Part shown: positions 1 to 9,908 of the stretch, piece by piece
Layout of the letters: every line of letters starts with the position of its first letter
How positions within the stretch are numbered: the stretch's first letter is position 1
Assembly (NCBI GenBank): GCA_029580855.1
Contig: JAKPQH010000028.1
Location: 30,940-94,939, forward strand
DNA: 64,000 nucleotides
Origin: a bacterium
GTDB lineage: Bacteria; Methylomirabilota; Methylomirabilia; Methylomirabilales; 2-02-FULL-66-22
Reading direction: 5' to 3'
The notes under the pieces: model-generated
What the model saw: the letters and a program-made list of their open reading frames with translations, nothing else
Told to the model about the DNA's origin: nothing
Database searches by the model: none
Program-made: the position numbers and the translations under genes

Positions 1-889
1 GTACCTCGGGCGCTGGACCGGCGCATCACCCCGAGAAGCCGGGCGCCACGACCTTGTGCGGCTTTTCCGAGCGCCCGAGCTGGACAACGTGTTCCCGCCG
101 AGCGGCCTCTGCGAGGCCACCGAAGCCCCCTTGCGCCGGATGAAGATCGACCCGCGGGCGGGAGGGCGTATCCGGGTCGACGACGAACCGAGGCCCAACA
201 AGACGCCGCGCGCCTTTGTGGCCACGCCGCGAATCCCCGACGAAGTCATTCTCGTCGTCCGGCCGAGCGGCGGGCCCGACGACTACGCAGCGTACTTGCA
301 CGAGCTGGGTCACGCGCTCCACTTCGCCTACACCGATCCGGGGCTCCCGGTCGAGTATCGACGGCTGGGTGACTCCTCGGTAACCGAAGCCTTCGCTTTT
401 CTCTTGGACGGCCTGCTCCGCGAACGCGGATGGCTCAAGAAATTCGCCGGCGTCGGACGCCCCCGCGAGATTCTGCGCTTCACGGCCTTCCACAAATTGT
501 GGTTCCTGCGGCGCTACGCCGCCAAGCTGGAATACGAGCTGATCCTCCACACCGAGGGACCGGGCGCGCGGAGTCGCGAGGCCTACCGGGAACTTCTTTC
601 GGGCGCGACGCTGGTGGCGTGGCCCGGCGAGTTGTACCTGTTCGACGTGGACGCGTTCTTTTACGCCGCCCGCTACCTGCGCGCCTGGATCTTCGAGGCG
701 CAGCTCCGGGAGTTGCTGCGCGAACGGTTCGACGAGGAGTGGTACCGGAACGACCGCACGGGGCCGTTTCTGCTCGGCCTGTGGCGGCAAGGACAGCGTC
801 TGGGCGCCGAGGAGCTGGCGGCGGACCTGAGCCTCGGCCCGCCGTCCATCGAGCCGCTCCTCGCCCAGATCGCCGCCGACCTCGATTGA
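1..889 (+). CDS. zinc metallopeptidase (HEXXH, M3/oligoendopeptidase-like), 3' part; 5' end lies outside the window
   Basis: The frame is open from the window edge to TGA at 887-889. The translation contains the zincin motif HELGHALH followed by a helical C-terminal region. The ORF-track start at 56 is an internal GTG. The family assignment is from memory, not searched. Confidence 0.6.
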   Translation, partial: YLGRWTGASPREAGRHDLVRLFRAPELDNVFPPSGLCEATEAPLRRMKIDPRAGGRIRVDDEPRPNKTPRAFVATPRIPDEVILVVRPSGGPDDYAAYLHELGHALHFAYTDPGLPVEYRRLGDSSVTEAFAFLLDGLLRERGWLKKFAGVGRPREILRFTAFHKLWFLRRYAAKLEYELILHTEGPGARSREAYRELLSGATLVAWPGELYLFDVDAFFYAARYLRAWIFEAQLRELLRERFDEEWYRNDRTGPFLLGLWRQGQRLGAEELAADLSLGPPSIEPLLAQIAADLD

Positions 890-898
890 CCGGAATGG

Positions 899-1089
899 AT
901 CCACAGATTACACAGATTGGCCGATTTCCAGGGAACCGCAAGACCTGTTCCGGAAAAGGCGGATCTGCGCGCACGTGGGAAAGATGGCAGACATCTCACG
1001 ACGGTCTCCTGAAGCACCGCGGCCCCGGGAATCACTCCCCCGGGGCCGCGGTGCTTTGCGAATCTGCGTAATCTGCGTAATCTGCGGAT
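899..1089. repeat. inverted pair of short tandem repeats flanking a GC hairpin (MITE/REP-like unit)
   Basis: ATCCACAGATTACACAGATT at 899-918 is the imperfect reverse complement of AATCTGCGTAATCTGCGTAATCTGCGGAT at 1061-1089 (A/G differences only). The unit lies in the convergent gap between the peptidase gene and atpC. Confidence 0.6.
1013..1055. terminator. 17-bp perfect GC-rich stem-loop, candidate bidirectional terminator
   Basis: AGCACCGCGGCCCCGGG (1013-1029) pairs perfectly with CCCGGGGCCGCGGTGCT (1039-1055) around a 9-nt loop. It lies between two convergent stop codons. There is no clear U-tract on either strand. Confidence 0.45.
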
Positions 1090-1101
1090 TGGTGTCGGGC
1101 G

Positions 1102-1551
1102 CTAGTGGCTCTTTCCGGCGGCCTCCAGCCTGGCCAAGGCGCGCTGGAGGGCCGCCTGGGCCCGAGCGAAGTCCACCGTCGTCGATCCGGAGGCCCATTC
1201 CGCCAGCCGACGCTCGGCGCGCTCGCGGGCTCGCTCCACCCGGGCCACGTCGATCTCCTCGGCGGCCTCGGCGGCATCCGCCAGGATGTTCACGCGATCA
1301 CCCCGCACTTCCGCATACCCGCGGATCACGGCAACGTGGTGCTCCTCTTTCCCCTTCCAGTAGGTCAGCGCGCCCGCCTTGAGCGTCGTGATGAACGGGA
1401 TGTGCTCCGGCAGGACGCCGAAATAGCCCTCGGAGCCTGGGACCACGACCGCGGTCACTTGCTCGCTTACGACTTGGCGCCTCGGCGTCACCACATCGAG
1501 CCGAAACGTTGCCGGTCCTGTGCTCGCCACCGTTTTTCTCGCCTCGATCAA
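1102..1551 (-). CDS. atpC: F1 ATP synthase subunit epsilon
   Basis: The 149-aa ORF lies directly downstream of atpD. It has the N-terminal pattern FRLDVVTP...VVPGSEGYFGVLPEH and a C-terminal Ala/Arg/Glu-rich helical hairpin typical of epsilon. Confidence 0.9.
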   Translation of the reverse strand: MIEARKTVASTGPATFRLDVVTPRRQVVSEQVTAVVVPGSEGYFGVLPEHIPFITTLKAGALTYWKGKEEHHVAVIRGYAEVRGDRVNILADAAEAAEEIDVARVERARERAERRLAEWASGSTTVDFARAQAALQRALARLEAAGKSH

Positions 1552-1572
1552 CCGAACCCGCGATGCCGAGCG

Positions 1573-2997
<1,425 letters not shown>

Positions 2998-3062
2998 TCA
3001 CTCCACTCCCGGCGTCGTCCGACGCACCCGCCCCGCCCCTCTCGGGCCGCACGCCAACGGCG

Positions 3063-3962
3063 TCAACGCCCCGCATGACGGAGGGCTTCCGCTCCGCTCA
3101 CGATCTCCAGCAGTTCCTTGGTGATCCGCTCCTGCCGCGCCTTGTTGAACTGGATCGTCAGGAGGTCGATCATCTCCGAGGCGTTCTTGGTGGCGTTGTC
3201 CATGGCGGTCATCCGCGCCCCGTGTTCGGCCGCCAGCGACTCCATGAGCGCACGGTACACCTGGATCTCCACGTGTCTGGGCAGCAGGGATTCCAGGATG
3301 GCCGCGGGGGACGGCTCGAACAGATACTCCACCCCGGGCGCCTCCTCCGCTCCGCCGGCGTCGTCGATCGGCAAGAGCGTTTTGACCACCACCCGCTGCG
3401 ACGCCGCGGAGCGGAACTCGTTGTAAACGAGCTGCACGCGGTCCACCTCGTCGGCGATATAGGCGTTCGTGATATCCTGCCCGATCTGGGCGGCGTGTGC
3501 GAACGCCAGTTTGTCGAAGAAGTTCAGATACTCGGAGCGGATCGCCACCTCCCCGCGCCGCCGGTAAAAGTCGCGCGCCTTCCGCCCGACGACGATGAGC
3601 ATCAGGTCCACCTGCGGGTCGCCCCGGTCGGCGCGCAGGAGGTCCACGGAACGTCGGAGGATGTTGCTGTTGAATGCCCCGCAGAGCCCCCGATCGCCGG
3701 TGATGACGACGAGAAGCTTGCGGGTCGTCCCGCCCCCGCCATCCGACGCCGGCCCCCGGAGGAGCGGGTGCATGTCGCGCGGCGAGCGGCGGGCCAGATC
3801 CGACGCCATCCCGTCGAGGGTTCGGCAGTACGGTCGCGCCTCGGTGATCCGCTCTTGGGCGCGACGCAGCTTGGCCGCCGCCACCAGCTTCATGGCCCGG
3901 GTGATCTGCTGGGTGCTCTTGACGCTGGCGATCCGCCGCTTGATGTCGCGAAGCGTGGGCAT
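3063..3962 (-). CDS. atpG: F1 ATP synthase subunit gamma
   Basis: The ATG at 3960-3962 gives 299 aa (MPTLRDIKRRIASVKSTQQITRAMKLVAAAKL ... LTKELLEIVSGAEAL). The 822-aa ORF in the track is only an open upstream extension of this frame overlapping atpA. Confidence 0.93.
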   Translation of the reverse strand: MPTLRDIKRRIASVKSTQQITRAMKLVAAAKLRRAQERITEARPYCRTLDGMASDLARRSPRDMHPLLRGPASDGGGGTTRKLLVVITGDRGLCGAFNSNILRRSVDLLRADRGDPQVDLMLIVVGRKARDFYRRRGEVAIRSEYLNFFDKLAFAHAAQIGQDITNAYIADEVDRVQLVYNEFRSAASQRVVVKTLLPIDDAGGAEEAPGVEYLFEPSPAAILESLLPRHVEIQVYRALMESLAAEHGARMTAMDNATKNASEMIDLLTIQFNKARQERITKELLEIVSGAEALRHAGR

Positions 3963-3976
3963 CGGTCTCGGGCCTG

Positions 3977-5500
3977 CTACACCTTCCGCGTCGCCAGGAA
4001 CTCGGCCTTGCACTCGGCGATGCACGTGTCCATCTGGCGGCGCAGGGCGTCGTTGAGTTCTTTCTTGTCCGCCAGCTCCCGGAAGATTCCGGGGTGGCGA
4101 TTCTCGGCGAATGTGTACAGCGCCTCCTCGAAGGGCAGAACGGCGTCCACCGGCATGTCGTCCAGCTGGCCCGTGGTGCCGGCGTGGATGACGAGGATCT
4201 GCCGCTCGACGGGAAGCGGCGCGTACTGGCCCTGCTTCAGCAATTCCACCATCCGCTGGCCGCGGCTGAGCTGGGCCTGAGTGGCCTTGTCCAGCTCCGA
4301 CCCGAACTGGGCGAAGGCCGCCATTTCCCTGTACTGCGCCAGGTCCAGGCGCAGCTTCCCCGCCGTCTGCTTCATGGCTTTGATCTGGGCGCTCCCGCCC
4401 ACGCGCGACACCGACAGGCCCACGTTCACGGCGGGACGGATGCCCGCGTAGAAGAGATCGGTCTCGAGGTAGATCTGCCCGTCGGTGATCGAGATCACGT
4501 TGGTCGGGATGTACGCGGAGACGTCGCCGAGCTGCGTCTCGATGATGGGCAGCGCCGTGAGCGAGCCCCCGCCCAGGTCGTCGTTCAGCTTGGCGGCCCG
4601 CTCCAGCAGGCGCGAGTGGAGGTAGAACACGTCGCCCGGGTACGCCTCGCGGCCGGGCGGCCGCCGCAGCAGGAGCGAGAGCTGGCGGTACGCCGCCGCG
4701 TGCTTGGTGAGATCGTCGTAGATGCAGAGGGCGTGTCGTCCGGTGTCGCGGAAGTACTCGCCCATGGTGCAGCCGGAGTAGGGCGAGATGTACTGGAGCG
4801 GTGCCGGGTCCGAGGCCGAGGCTACCACCACCGTGGTGTAGGCCATGGCCCCGGCGTCCTCCAGCACCTTGACGACCTGCGCCACCGTGGATCGCTTCTG
4901 CCCGGTGGCCACGTAGATGCAGAAGACGTCTTTCCCCTTCTGGTTGATGATCGTGTCCACCGCGATGGCCGTTTTGCCCGTCTGCCGGTCTCCGATGATC
5001 AACTCGCGCTGGCCGCGGCCGATGGGGATCATGGCATCGATGGCCTTGAGCCCGGTCTGGAGCGGCTCCTTGACGGGCCGGCGATCGACCACGCCCGGCG
5101 CGAGGCGCTCGATCGGCTTGAACTCCTTCGCCTCGATGGCGCCCTTGTCGTCGACGGGGCTCCCCAGCGCGTCTACGACTCGACCGACGACCGCGTCCCC
5201 CACCGGCACCTGGGCGATCCGCCCGGTCCGCCGGACCTGATCCCCCTCGCGGATCAGCGTGTCGTCGCCCAGCAGGGCGGCCCCGACGTTGTCCTCTTCC
5301 AGGTTCAGAACCATCCCGCGGACGCCGTTGGGAAAGTCCAGCATCTCCATGGTCATGGCGTTGTCCAGCCCGTAGACGCGGGCGATGCCGTCCCCCACCT
5401 CCAAGACGGTGCCCACCTCGGCCACGTCGATGGCCGTCTCGTACGACGCGAGCCGCTGTCTGATGATCTGGCTGATCTCCTCCGCCTTGATCTGTGTCAT
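3977..5500 (-). CDS. atpA: F1 ATP synthase subunit alpha
   Basis: The 507-aa ORF has the Walker A motif GDRQTGKT and alpha-subunit blocks ([24 protein letters not shown]). Confidence 0.97.
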   Translation of the reverse strand: MTQIKAEEISQIIRQRLASYETAIDVAEVGTVLEVGDGIARVYGLDNAMTMEMLDFPNGVRGMVLNLEEDNVGAALLGDDTLIREGDQVRRTGRIAQVPVGDAVVGRVVDALGSPVDDKGAIEAKEFKPIERLAPGVVDRRPVKEPLQTGLKAIDAMIPIGRGQRELIIGDRQTGKTAIAVDTIINQKGKDVFCIYVATGQKRSTVAQVVKVLEDAGAMAYTTVVVASASDPAPLQYISPYSGCTMGEYFRDTGRHALCIYDDLTKHAAAYRQLSLLLRRPPGREAYPGDVFYLHSRLLERAAKLNDDLGGGSLTALPIIETQLGDVSAYIPTNVISITDGQIYLETDLFYAGIRPAVNVGLSVSRVGGSAQIKAMKQTAGKLRLDLAQYREMAAFAQFGSELDKATQAQLSRGQRMVELLKQGQYAPLPVERQILVIHAGTTGQLDDMPVDAVLPFEEALYTFAENRHPGIFRELADKKELNDALRRQMDTCIAECKAEFLATRKV

Positions 5501-5555
5501 CGTCTCTCCTGCCCCGTCGCGCCGGTGGCACGCCGCCGAAAGCTCGCTGGGCTCA

Positions 5556-5672
5556 GCTGCTCAAAAAGTCCGGAGCAAGGCGGCTTGCCGCAGCCCGAGT
5601 GGGGCGCACTGGAGGTACGCCGCAGCGAGTCCCGAGGCGGGTCAACGCCGCAGAGGGGCCTTTTTCAGCAGC
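5556..5672. repeat. 117-nt interspersed element with inverted termini (copy A), inside the atpH-atpA spacer
   Basis: The termini GCTGCTCAAAAAGTCC (5556-5571) and GGCCTTTTTCAGCAGC (5657-5672) are near-perfect inverted repeats. Read in reverse complement, the interior aligns by eye with the element at 8531-8650 (shared blocks CTGCGGCGT, CGCTGCGGCGT, GCCGCCTTG). Confidence 0.6.
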
Positions 5673-5675
5673 CGA

Positions 5676-6218
5676 CTACGCGCGCACCATCTCGTCGCGC
5701 AACCGCGCCAGCTGCATCTTCAGGCTCCCGTCATAGACCCGGCTCCCCATCTGGGTGACCACCCCGCCCAGGAGGGCGGGATCCTGGCGCAACTCCAGAT
5801 AGACATCCTTTCCGGTCAGGTCGCTGAGCCGCCGCCGCAGGCCCTCCTGCGCGTCCGCCGGCAGCGGCGCTGCGGATGTCACGACGGCCTTCACCCGCCC
5901 CAGGCGCTCGTCCGCCAGAAGTTCGAAGGCCCGAAGAATCGCCTCGAGGCCCGCCAACCGGCCGGTTTCCACCAGAACCTGGAGGAAGGTGACGGTGAGG
6001 GGCCTGACCCGCATCGCTGCCGCCACGTCCGTGACGACCGCAGTCGCGTCGCGCCGCGAGACGGTCGGGTTGGACACGAACTGGCGGAGATCCCGATGCT
6101 CGCGAAACACGTCCGCCAGCGCGCGGAGGTCCTGACGCACCCCGTCCAGCTCGTCGGAGACCGCCGCCACCTCGGCCAGTGCCTTCGCGTAGCGCTTGGC
6201 GATCGACGCGGCGATCAA
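5676..6218 (-). CDS. atpH: F1 ATP synthase subunit delta (OSCP)
   Basis: A TTG start that overlaps the atpF stop (TTGA) gives 180 aa. It shows delta-like sequence (IAKRYAKALAEVA ... GGVVTQMGSRVYDGSLKMQLARL). The start choice is uncertain. Confidence 0.85.
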   Translation of the reverse strand: MIAASIAKRYAKALAEVAAVSDELDGVRQDLRALADVFREHRDLRQFVSNPTVSRRDATAVVTDVAAAMRVRPLTVTFLQVLVETGRLAGLEAILRAFELLADERLGRVKAVVTSAAPLPADAQEGLRRRLSDLTGKDVYLELRQDPALLGGVVTQMGSRVYDGSLKMQLARLRDEMVRA

Positions 6219-6817
6219 TTCTTGCCCCCCAGGTCGCGCACGTACTGCTCGGCCAGCCGCTCCTGGTCGTCCCCGCTCACGCTCCGGCCGAGTAGTCTTT
6301 CGGCCACTGTCAGGGCGATCCCCGCCGCCTCCTCGCGTAGACCGGCCCTGGCCCGTTTCGTCTCCGCCTCGATCTCCGCTTTGGCCTGCGCGACCAGCCG
6401 GTCCGCCTCGTCGCGCGAGGCCCGCAGCAACCGCTGCCGCTCTTCTTCCGCTTCCCGCTGGCCCTGGTCGCGGATCGCCGCGATCTCGCGCTGCGTCTCG
6501 CGGATCCGGGCCCGGTACTCCTCCTGGGATTTGGCGGCGGCTTCGTGGGCGGCCTTGGCCTCCGCCAGAGACTTGGCGATGCCGGCCGAGCGTTCGGCCA
6601 GGAATGTCGTCAGCGGCTTGAAGAGGAACTTCGAGAGCAGAAAAATCAGAATGAGGAAGTTGATCGCCTGGATCAGGATCGTCACGTTGAGGTTGATGAT
6701 CCCGGGCTCCTCGTGCCGCGCGGCCTCGGCCGCCAGCGCGATGCGCGGAAGCGCGAGGACGAAGGTTCCGATCCACGCCCAGGCGATCCGACCGGCATAC
6801 GAGCGCGCGCGTCTCAT
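6215..6817 (-). CDS. atpF: Fo ATP synthase subunit b
   Basis: The 200-aa ORF has one N-terminal hydrophobic segment (INLNVTILIQAINFLILIFLL) followed by a long charged Ala/Glu/Arg helix. Its position immediately upstream of atpH fits subunit b. Confidence 0.85.
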   Translation of the reverse strand: MRRARSYAGRIAWAWIGTFVLALPRIALAAEAARHEEPGIINLNVTILIQAINFLILIFLLSKFLFKPLTTFLAERSAGIAKSLAEAKAAHEAAAKSQEEYRARIRETQREIAAIRDQGQREAEEERQRLLRASRDEADRLVAQAKAEIEAETKRARAGLREEAAGIALTVAERLLGRSVSGDDQERLAEQYVRDLGGKN

Positions 6818-6883
6818 GGTGCCTCCGACCCGTGGGGCGCCGCCGGTCTCACCGCGCCGGCACCGCCCGACCGAACGACCGTC

Positions 6884-7333
6884 TCAGGCGAGCGAGCGCA
6901 TGGCCCGCGCCAGCCAGAGCGCGACCATGGTCAATTGCGTGATCAGGAGACCGGCCACCAGGGCCGGGAGAGAAACGCGAAAGACGAGCAGGGCCAGCAC
7001 CAGCAAGGCCCCCGCGACCCCGAATCGGAAAAGCGCACCTTTCCACAGCGTGTGGGCGGCGCGTCCATGCCCCGCCTCCGCTACACCCCCCACCGCTCGG
7101 GCGATCAAATGAAAATTGCCGAGGCTGACGAGCGCGCCGACGCCGAAGCCTACGGCCCAAGCCCACCGGCCCCACACGACGAGACCGATGACGGCCGCAC
7201 CGGCCACCGCGGCTGCACCCAGCACCGTGGTCCGGACAAACGCCTCGCGCTCGCTCAAGGTGGCTGACGGGTGTGGCCCCGGGGCGCGCCCCCCAGCGCC
7301 GCGGCACGGCCGTCGTGGGGTGAGCCGACCCAA
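6884..7333 (-). CDS. small hydrophobic protein, AtpI-like, at the head of the atp operon; start uncertain
   Basis: The ORF has 3-4 predicted hydrophobic helices (VLGAAAVAGAAVIGLVVW, AVGFGVGALVSLGNFHLIA, GALLVLALLVF, LVAGLLITQLTMVALWL). It sits 66 nt upstream of atpF on the same strand. An alternative TTG start exists at 7258. Confidence 0.4.
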   Translation of the reverse strand: MGRLTPRRPCRGAGGRAPGPHPSATLSEREAFVRTTVLGAAAVAGAAVIGLVVWGRWAWAVGFGVGALVSLGNFHLIARAVGGVAEAGHGRAAHTLWKGALFRFGVAGALLVLALLVFRVSLPALVAGLLITQLTMVALWLARAMRSLA

Positions 7334-7402
7334 CGCAGGGCCCGTGAAAAGTGGCTCAAGCTACCACGCTAACAAAAACGGTGTCAAGGTCTTTGGGGCG
7401 CG

Positions 7403-7432
7403 TTGACAGGGGTTGCCGGCGCGGGATATTCT
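7403..7432 (+). promoter_or_regulatory. sigma70-like promoter candidate for the aldo/keto reductase gene
   Basis: TTGACA (7403-7408), an 18-nt spacer, then TATTCT (7427-7432). A GGAGG ribosome-binding site follows at 7471-7475, 8 nt before the GTG at 7484. Confidence 0.3.
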
Positions 7433-7483
7433 CGGGCGCGACCCCGGCCGTCCCGCTGGACCCCCTAATAGGAGGGACCTCCC

Positions 7484-8527
7484 GTGAAGTATCGATTCCT
7501 CGGCTCGTCCGGATTGCTCATCTCGCGCATCACGCTCGGAACCATGACCTTTGGCGCGCCCGAATGGGGCTGCGACGAGAAGGAGGCCCACGCGATATTG
7601 CGGCGGTTTTTGGATGCCGGCGGAAATTCCATCGACACCGCCGACGTCTACACCGCGGGGGGATCCGAAGAGATCCTCGGCGGCTTCCTGCCTGGGGTTC
7701 CGCGCGAACAGATCGTGCTGGCCTCCAAGTGCTACTTCCCCATGGGAACCCAGCCCAATCGGTACGGGCTCTCGCGCAAGCACGTCGTCGCCTCGTGCGA
7801 GGCCAGCCTGCGCCGATTGCGGACCGACTACCTGGACCTCTACTACCTTCACGGCCCCGACCCCGTCACGCCCGTGGAGGAGACGATGCGGGCGTTCGAC
7901 GATCTGGTCCGGCAGGGCAAAGTGCGCTACATCGGCGTGAGCAACCTCTTCGCATGGCAGATGGCCAAGGCGGCGGGCGTGTGCGCGCGCCTGGGCCTGG
8001 AATCGCCCGTGGCGGCCCAGTACATCTACAGCCTGATTCACCGCGAGCCCGAGCGCGAGGTCGTGCCCGCGGCGGTGGATCACGGGCTGGGCGTACTCTG
8101 CTACAGCCCGCTGGGGGCCGGGCTCCTCACCGGCAAGTACAAAGGCATGACGGCGCCGGTCAGGGGAAGCCGGATGCAGATCCGCGCGCAGATCGACGGC
8201 GGCCGCTTCTGGCATCCCCAGGGAATGCGGGTGGCGCAGGCCGTGGAAGAGGTATCGGCGAAAACCGGCATCCCCATGGCCAAGCTCGCCATTGCCTGGC
8301 CGCTCGGCCGGCGATTCGTCGCCTCGGTGATCGTCGGCGTCCGGACGCAGGATCAACTCGCGGCCAATCTGGAACCGGGCGATTGGGACATGCCGGCGGA
8401 TGTCTGGAAGAGCCTGGAGGAGCAGACGCGCCCGGAGGAGGAGTACCAGGTCTGGTTCACCAAGATGGCCTACGCGCGCTTCTTCAACGCCGCCGATTTT
8501 CACGATGAGCGCGCCGAATTGCCGTAG
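7484..8527 (+). CDS. aldo/keto reductase family oxidoreductase
   Basis: The 347-aa ORF shows AKR blocks LGTMTFG, GGNSIDTADVY, SRKHVVASCEASLRRLRTDYLDLYYLH and VRYIGVSN. It uses a GTG start with a good Shine-Dalgarno sequence. Confidence 0.9.
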   Translation: MKYRFLGSSGLLISRITLGTMTFGAPEWGCDEKEAHAILRRFLDAGGNSIDTADVYTAGGSEEILGGFLPGVPREQIVLASKCYFPMGTQPNRYGLSRKHVVASCEASLRRLRTDYLDLYYLHGPDPVTPVEETMRAFDDLVRQGKVRYIGVSNLFAWQMAKAAGVCARLGLESPVAAQYIYSLIHREPEREVVPAAVDHGLGVLCYSPLGAGLLTGKYKGMTAPVRGSRMQIRAQIDGGRFWHPQGMRVAQAVEEVSAKTGIPMAKLAIAWPLGRRFVASVIVGVRTQDQLAANLEPGDWDMPADVWKSLEEQTRPEEEYQVWFTKMAYARFFNAADFHDERAELP

Positions 8528-8530
8528 CAC

Positions 8531-8650
8531 GCCGCTCAAAAAGGCCCATCTACGGCGTGACCGCGCTCCTGCGACGCTGCGGCGTCCGCGTGAAGGACGC
8601 CTCGCGTCTCAGATCGCGTGGCGCCTTGTATCTGGACCTTTTTGAGCGGC
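8531..8650. repeat. 120-nt interspersed element with inverted termini (copy B)
   Basis: GCCGCTCAAAAAGGCC (8531-8546) and GGACCTTTTTGAGCGGC (8634-8650) are inverted repeats. The element starts 4 nt after the AKR stop codon and is related to the element at 5556-5672. Confidence 0.6.
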
Positions 8651-8734
8651 CTGGGCAAAAGCGCGTCTTCGGTACCCTCTTCGAAATCGGGTGCCAGTGC
8701 GGCGGCACCCGAAGCGACAGTACCGGGCACAAGC

Positions 8735-8788
8735 ACAACCGGCCGCAACCCCGCCCGTGAAAGGCACGGGGGGTTGGCGGCCGGTTGT
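8735..8788 (-). terminator. long GC-rich stem-loop 10 nt downstream of the moxR stop
   Basis: ACAACCGGCCGCAACCCCGCCCGTG (8735-8759) pairs with CACGGGGGGTTGGCGGCCGGTTGT (8765-8788), with one bulge or mismatch. No U-tract is present. Confidence 0.45.
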
Positions 8789-8797
8789 CGTAGAGCC

Positions 8798-9811
8798 TCA
8801 GAGTCCCTGCGGCAGGAGGGCGGATTTCGGCGGCTGGGTCGGAACACGGTCCAGCAGATCCTCGAGGATCCGATCCGGGTCGATCCCTTCGGCTTCGCCC
8901 TCGAAGGACAGGATGAGCCGGTGGCGGAGCGATGCGAAGGCCGCGGCGCGGATGTCGTCGAAACTCACGTTGAACCGCCCGTCCATGAGGGCCGATACCT
9001 TGCCGCCGAGGACCAGGGCCTGCGCGCCGCGCGGCGAGCTGCCGTAGCGAACGAAGCGGCGGACCATATCCGGCGCGTCGCCGACGTCCGGCCGGGTGCA
9101 CAGGATCAGCCGGCTCACATACTCTTTCACCGGCTGGGGGACGGGAACTTCCCGGACCAGGCCCTTCATATCCTCCACCTCCGGACCCGCGGCCACCTTG
9201 TGCACCGGGTGGGTCACGGGCTTGGTCGTCCGCTCGATGATCTCCGCCAGGTCCTCGGCGCTGGGGTACTGCACCTTGAGCTTCAAGAGGAAGCGGTCGA
9301 GCTGCGCCTCGGGCAGCGGATAGGTTCCTTCCATCTCGATCGGGTTCTGGGTCGCCAGGACGAAGAAGGGCCGCTCCAGCGCGTGGTGCGTGCCCCCCAC
9401 GGTGACCGAGAGCTCCTGCATGGCCTCCAGGAGGGCCGACTGGGTCTTGGGGGTGGCGCGGTTGACCTCGTCGGCCAGGACGATCTGTCCGAAGAGCGGG
9501 CCGCGCTGGAAGCCGAAGTGGCGTCCGCCGGGCGTCTCGACCACGATATTGGTCCCGACGATGTCGGCCGGCATCAGATCCGGCGTGAACTGGATCCGGG
9601 AGAAGCGCAGATCCAGCCCCTCCGCCAGCGTCTTGACCAGCAAGGTCTTGCCGAGTCCGGGGACGCCTTCCAGCAAGGCGTGGCCGCCGGAGAACAGGCA
9701 GACGAGGACGCCCCGCACGATCTCCGCGTGGCCCACCACGACCTTGCCGATCTCGTGCGTGAGCGATGAGAACACTCGACGAAACCGCTCCGCGCGCTCT
9801 TCCACCTCCAT
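8798..9811 (-). CDS. MoxR-family AAA+ ATPase
   Basis: The ATG at 9809-9811 gives 337 aa. It has Walker A GVPGLGKT, Walker B VLADEVNRATPKTQSALLEAMQE and the MoxR block FFVLATQNPIEMEGTYPLPEAQLDRF. Confidence 0.92.
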   Translation of the reverse strand: MEVEERAERFRRVFSSLTHEIGKVVVGHAEIVRGVLVCLFSGGHALLEGVPGLGKTLLVKTLAEGLDLRFSRIQFTPDLMPADIVGTNIVVETPGGRHFGFQRGPLFGQIVLADEVNRATPKTQSALLEAMQELSVTVGGTHHALERPFFVLATQNPIEMEGTYPLPEAQLDRFLLKLKVQYPSAEDLAEIIERTTKPVTHPVHKVAAGPEVEDMKGLVREVPVPQPVKEYVSRLILCTRPDVGDAPDMVRRFVRYGSSPRGAQALVLGGKVSALMDGRFNVSFDDIRAAAFASLRHRLILSFEGEAEGIDPDRILEDLLDRVPTQPPKSALLPQGL

Positions 9812-9908
9812 GGCGCCCCCCTCGTGCGAGTGACGAGCCGCGCAATGGGTGCGAACGTCCCGCCTCGCGTGTGGTGGCTCGTGGCTCGACCCTCGCCACT
9901 CGCCGGAA

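Noticed and set aside
3963-5531. The ORF track extends the atpG frame upstream to give an 822-aa ORF (3063-5531).
   Set aside because: The extension is Arg/Gly/Pro-rich, lies antisense-overlapping atpA, and has no recognisable similarity. A proper ATG (MPTLRDIK) at 3962 gives a normal 299-aa gamma subunit. This is a typical open-frame artefact of GC-rich DNA.
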